Assembly (NCBI GenBank): GCA_010015585.1
Contig: ML975167.1
Source: Eremomyces bilateralis CBS 781.70
Lineage: Eukaryota
Direction: 5' to 3' (one strand)
DNA: 64,000 nucleotides
The position numbers were made by a program, and so were the translations under genes. Below the pieces are notes generated by a model that worked only from the letters and a program-made list of their open reading frames with translations, was not told the DNA's origin and made no database searches. Each line of letters starts with the position of its first letter. Position 1 is the first letter of the stretch. Below, in pieces: positions 61,411 to 64,000 of the stretch.

Positions 61411-64000
61411 ATGCTGTACATCCAAGGCCAACTATGAACTAAGGTCATTCTAGACTTCATGTGGTACAGATCCAAGGTTCGAGAATGAGACTTCCTAAGG
61501 GCAAAGGAGACACCTCGATCTTGAACCGATGCTGTGTTTGACGACGGCAATGCTGACGAAACCCCTTTCTCGAGTAGCCGCGGAGCAGCTGAACGGTGTC
61601 TCAAATACGGTATTCAGAAATTAGATATGAGAGAATCACCACTCGAAAGGTCAATTGTGCATCTTAATGACTCTGATATAGCGTACAGACCACACTGACT
61701 TGGTATGTCTGCCGTCTGGGCATGCCGAATGCTCTTGAGAATCGTCGACTCGAAGCCATTGCATTGCAAAAGTACAGCGATTGCTCTATTCCTGGGTACT
61801 CCTTAAAATCTTCAATATTGCATTGCCATTCTGCGTATCGCGTATAAGCGTATCCATGCTCCTTCGCCTTGGCATCACCATCTCTCAACGGGGTGAAGCT
61901 TACGTCCCTGAATCATCAGTCCTATCGTTCCAATTTGCCCAATATCGAACGGTAAACCAGCCTTGCCTAAGACGGTTGAACCAGGACCGTTGTGACCTTG
62001 CCTGTTGCGGCTGTTGCCAATTCATTGCCATCCATATTCAATAGTGATCGACACTTGCCTCACACATGAATAATAATGCTAGTGATGTTATTCCGCATTT
62101 GTTACACAGTGCATGCCGTTAACGCCGTTGCGCTAAACTCCCAGCTGACTCGTCGTATTTACATGGTAGATGCCGCACGACGGTAAGACCATGAGACATG
62201 AAAATAATAAGTGCCGCTTCCTTGAATTTACATGACCACTGATCAAGTGAAGCTCTGCTGGGCTGGACTTCGATTCTTGGGGATAGACAGCATCAAGGAA
62301 GTACTTGACATTTAGCGCGTGGAAACTTTCAACGGATCATATGATATTGTATCCATCGTCGACCACGAGAGCCGTTGACGTGGAACCGGAGATGAATTTG
62401 CCTTTGTTTGGCTAGTGTCCGCTCTTCAATTTACCGATAGAAATATAACGCAACCTAGGATCGTCAATAGTAGGGATAAGAGATGGGTGTTCGATACAAG
62501 TTACAAACGCAGCGAAGATAGATTGAGAGGGAGCCCGGGAGAGTGGGAAACGATTCATTCAACAAAGGACCTCAACTATGAGGCAATAAAAATGCATTTG
62601 GTAATCGGAACAAGGAAAAGTATTGGAGATGGGCTGAGGCTTGAAGGGAAGAGATTTTGCTGGCATATTCAAACAACTACCAGTATGATGCCGAAGACTT
62701 CGCTTTCCGACCCGCTATGGAGAAGCATTGCGAGATTACGACGGGTACTAGACATACGAATGAGCCCTGATATGTTGCCGTGATCCAGTTCCAATTTCAG
62801 ACCGAATTTCGAGATCCGCTGGAGGATGGATATTTAACCGTATCTTCTCCATCCTAAGGACATCTTCCGGGTTGAATATTAATGTTGATAGATTGATGTC
62901 ACGCGATGGTCTTCCCAGCGGACATGGGATAGACCCAGGACCCTTTCACGATTCGTGAATCGTGGAGCTATGGAGGCTCTTCGGTGCATACTAATGCAAG
63001 GTCCACCGTCCAACTGCCACCGTCGGTCCACGGGCCATCGAGCCATTTTGCGGCAAGGTTCATAGTTCATAAATCATGCACTGTTTATGAAGATCGTCAT
63101 ACTGCACCGATAGTGGAATATTTGACTACCTAACAGATGCACGCAGCATGACAGCATGATTCGGTAATGATCGTCCCTATTGTAGACATTAAGGTGCGCA
63201 ACCTTGAGGTTGGAACCTGCTTGTTGGAAACTTGGAACTGATCCTTACTTTCACGCATTGCGTCAACATTCAAAAAAGATGATAATATGTGGAATAATGT
63301 GGCCCTCTCAGGATCCTGAAAATACGCAATGATGGAGAACTGCAGAACGAGAGCGAGATGCTGAGATCTGAAAGTGACTGGAGTTTGCATTGGGACTCGG
63401 ATGGACCTTCCAGTGGCACATGCTGACGTGCATTGCGAGACAAAGAAGTATAACCATTCCTGTGGGAATTGGGACGATGGGATCCCACGGGCTGTTTATC
63501 GGTTTATCATGAACGAGGCCCAATTCCCTCTCCCACTCAGTGGGATTGAAGATAAAATGCCACCAAGTTTAAAGTTGGTAGAACGCTTGCCGATCGAGGA
63601 GGCTGTCGAAGGCTCGACCGCCTTAATATTCGATTAGCCGTTTCCCAGTTCCCCTCTTCCTATCTGTTATCTTGTGGTGTGAATACCACCTTTCATGATG
63701 ATACGGGGAAATATTTCCATGTATTGTTCGACAGCGGTGTTCAGTAATACCAAGCTCTTACGAATATCGAGCGAGGGCTCATAATGCGGCCTAAGCCGCA
63801 TTCCATCTGAGAGAACGAAAACGATGAGAACGGCCAGGCTTGAGACTGCAAACCCGTGCTCCACTAGTCAATGCCGATTCCGAACCGGGGAATTTTAGCG
63901 TTCGATACGAGTCTGAATATCTCACTAACCTAAGCTAGGTTGGGACGCTCTCGGCTTCAAGGTCTAACCTCTACCCACTACCCAGTAGTCAATACCCAGT

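Noticed and set aside
61600..64000. Short ORFs at the right end, possibly a decayed gene
   Set aside because: No recognisable domain or consistent exon structure.

Overview
Filamentous ascomycete (Pezizomycotina, probably Dothideomycete-like) nuclear DNA with spliceosomal introns. Most of 12-23 kb and 33-61.5 kb is housekeeping genes: ECT1, KOG1/Raptor, Kel1/Tea1, AVT2-like transporter, AIM22, RPN5, FSH1, MFS transporter, RRP40, DPS1, beta-carbonic anhydrase, ALG10 and PSF2. This region also holds one intact Fot1/pogo transposon (50-bp perfect TIRs, TA TSD). The first ~11 kb is accessory. It contains the 3' end of a HET-E-like WD40 (NLR-type) gene, a solo LTR, a hAT-like MITE, RIP-like gene relics, a TauD dioxygenase with a non-canonical GA splice donor, a bacterial-like flavodoxin and a laccase pseudogene. 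The most striking structure is a tandem pair of 5S rRNA genes. One copy is intact. The other is interrupted twice: by a 461-bp non-coding insert flanked by a 10-bp direct repeat, and by a 3' truncation leading into the NLR-bearing DNA. At both junctions the foreign end mirrors the adjacent 5S sequence as an inverted repeat. This suggests 5S-targeting, tyrosine-recombinase-type (Starship-like) insertions, one possibly a miniature non-autonomous form. All family calls come from motif recognition by eye; no searches were run.
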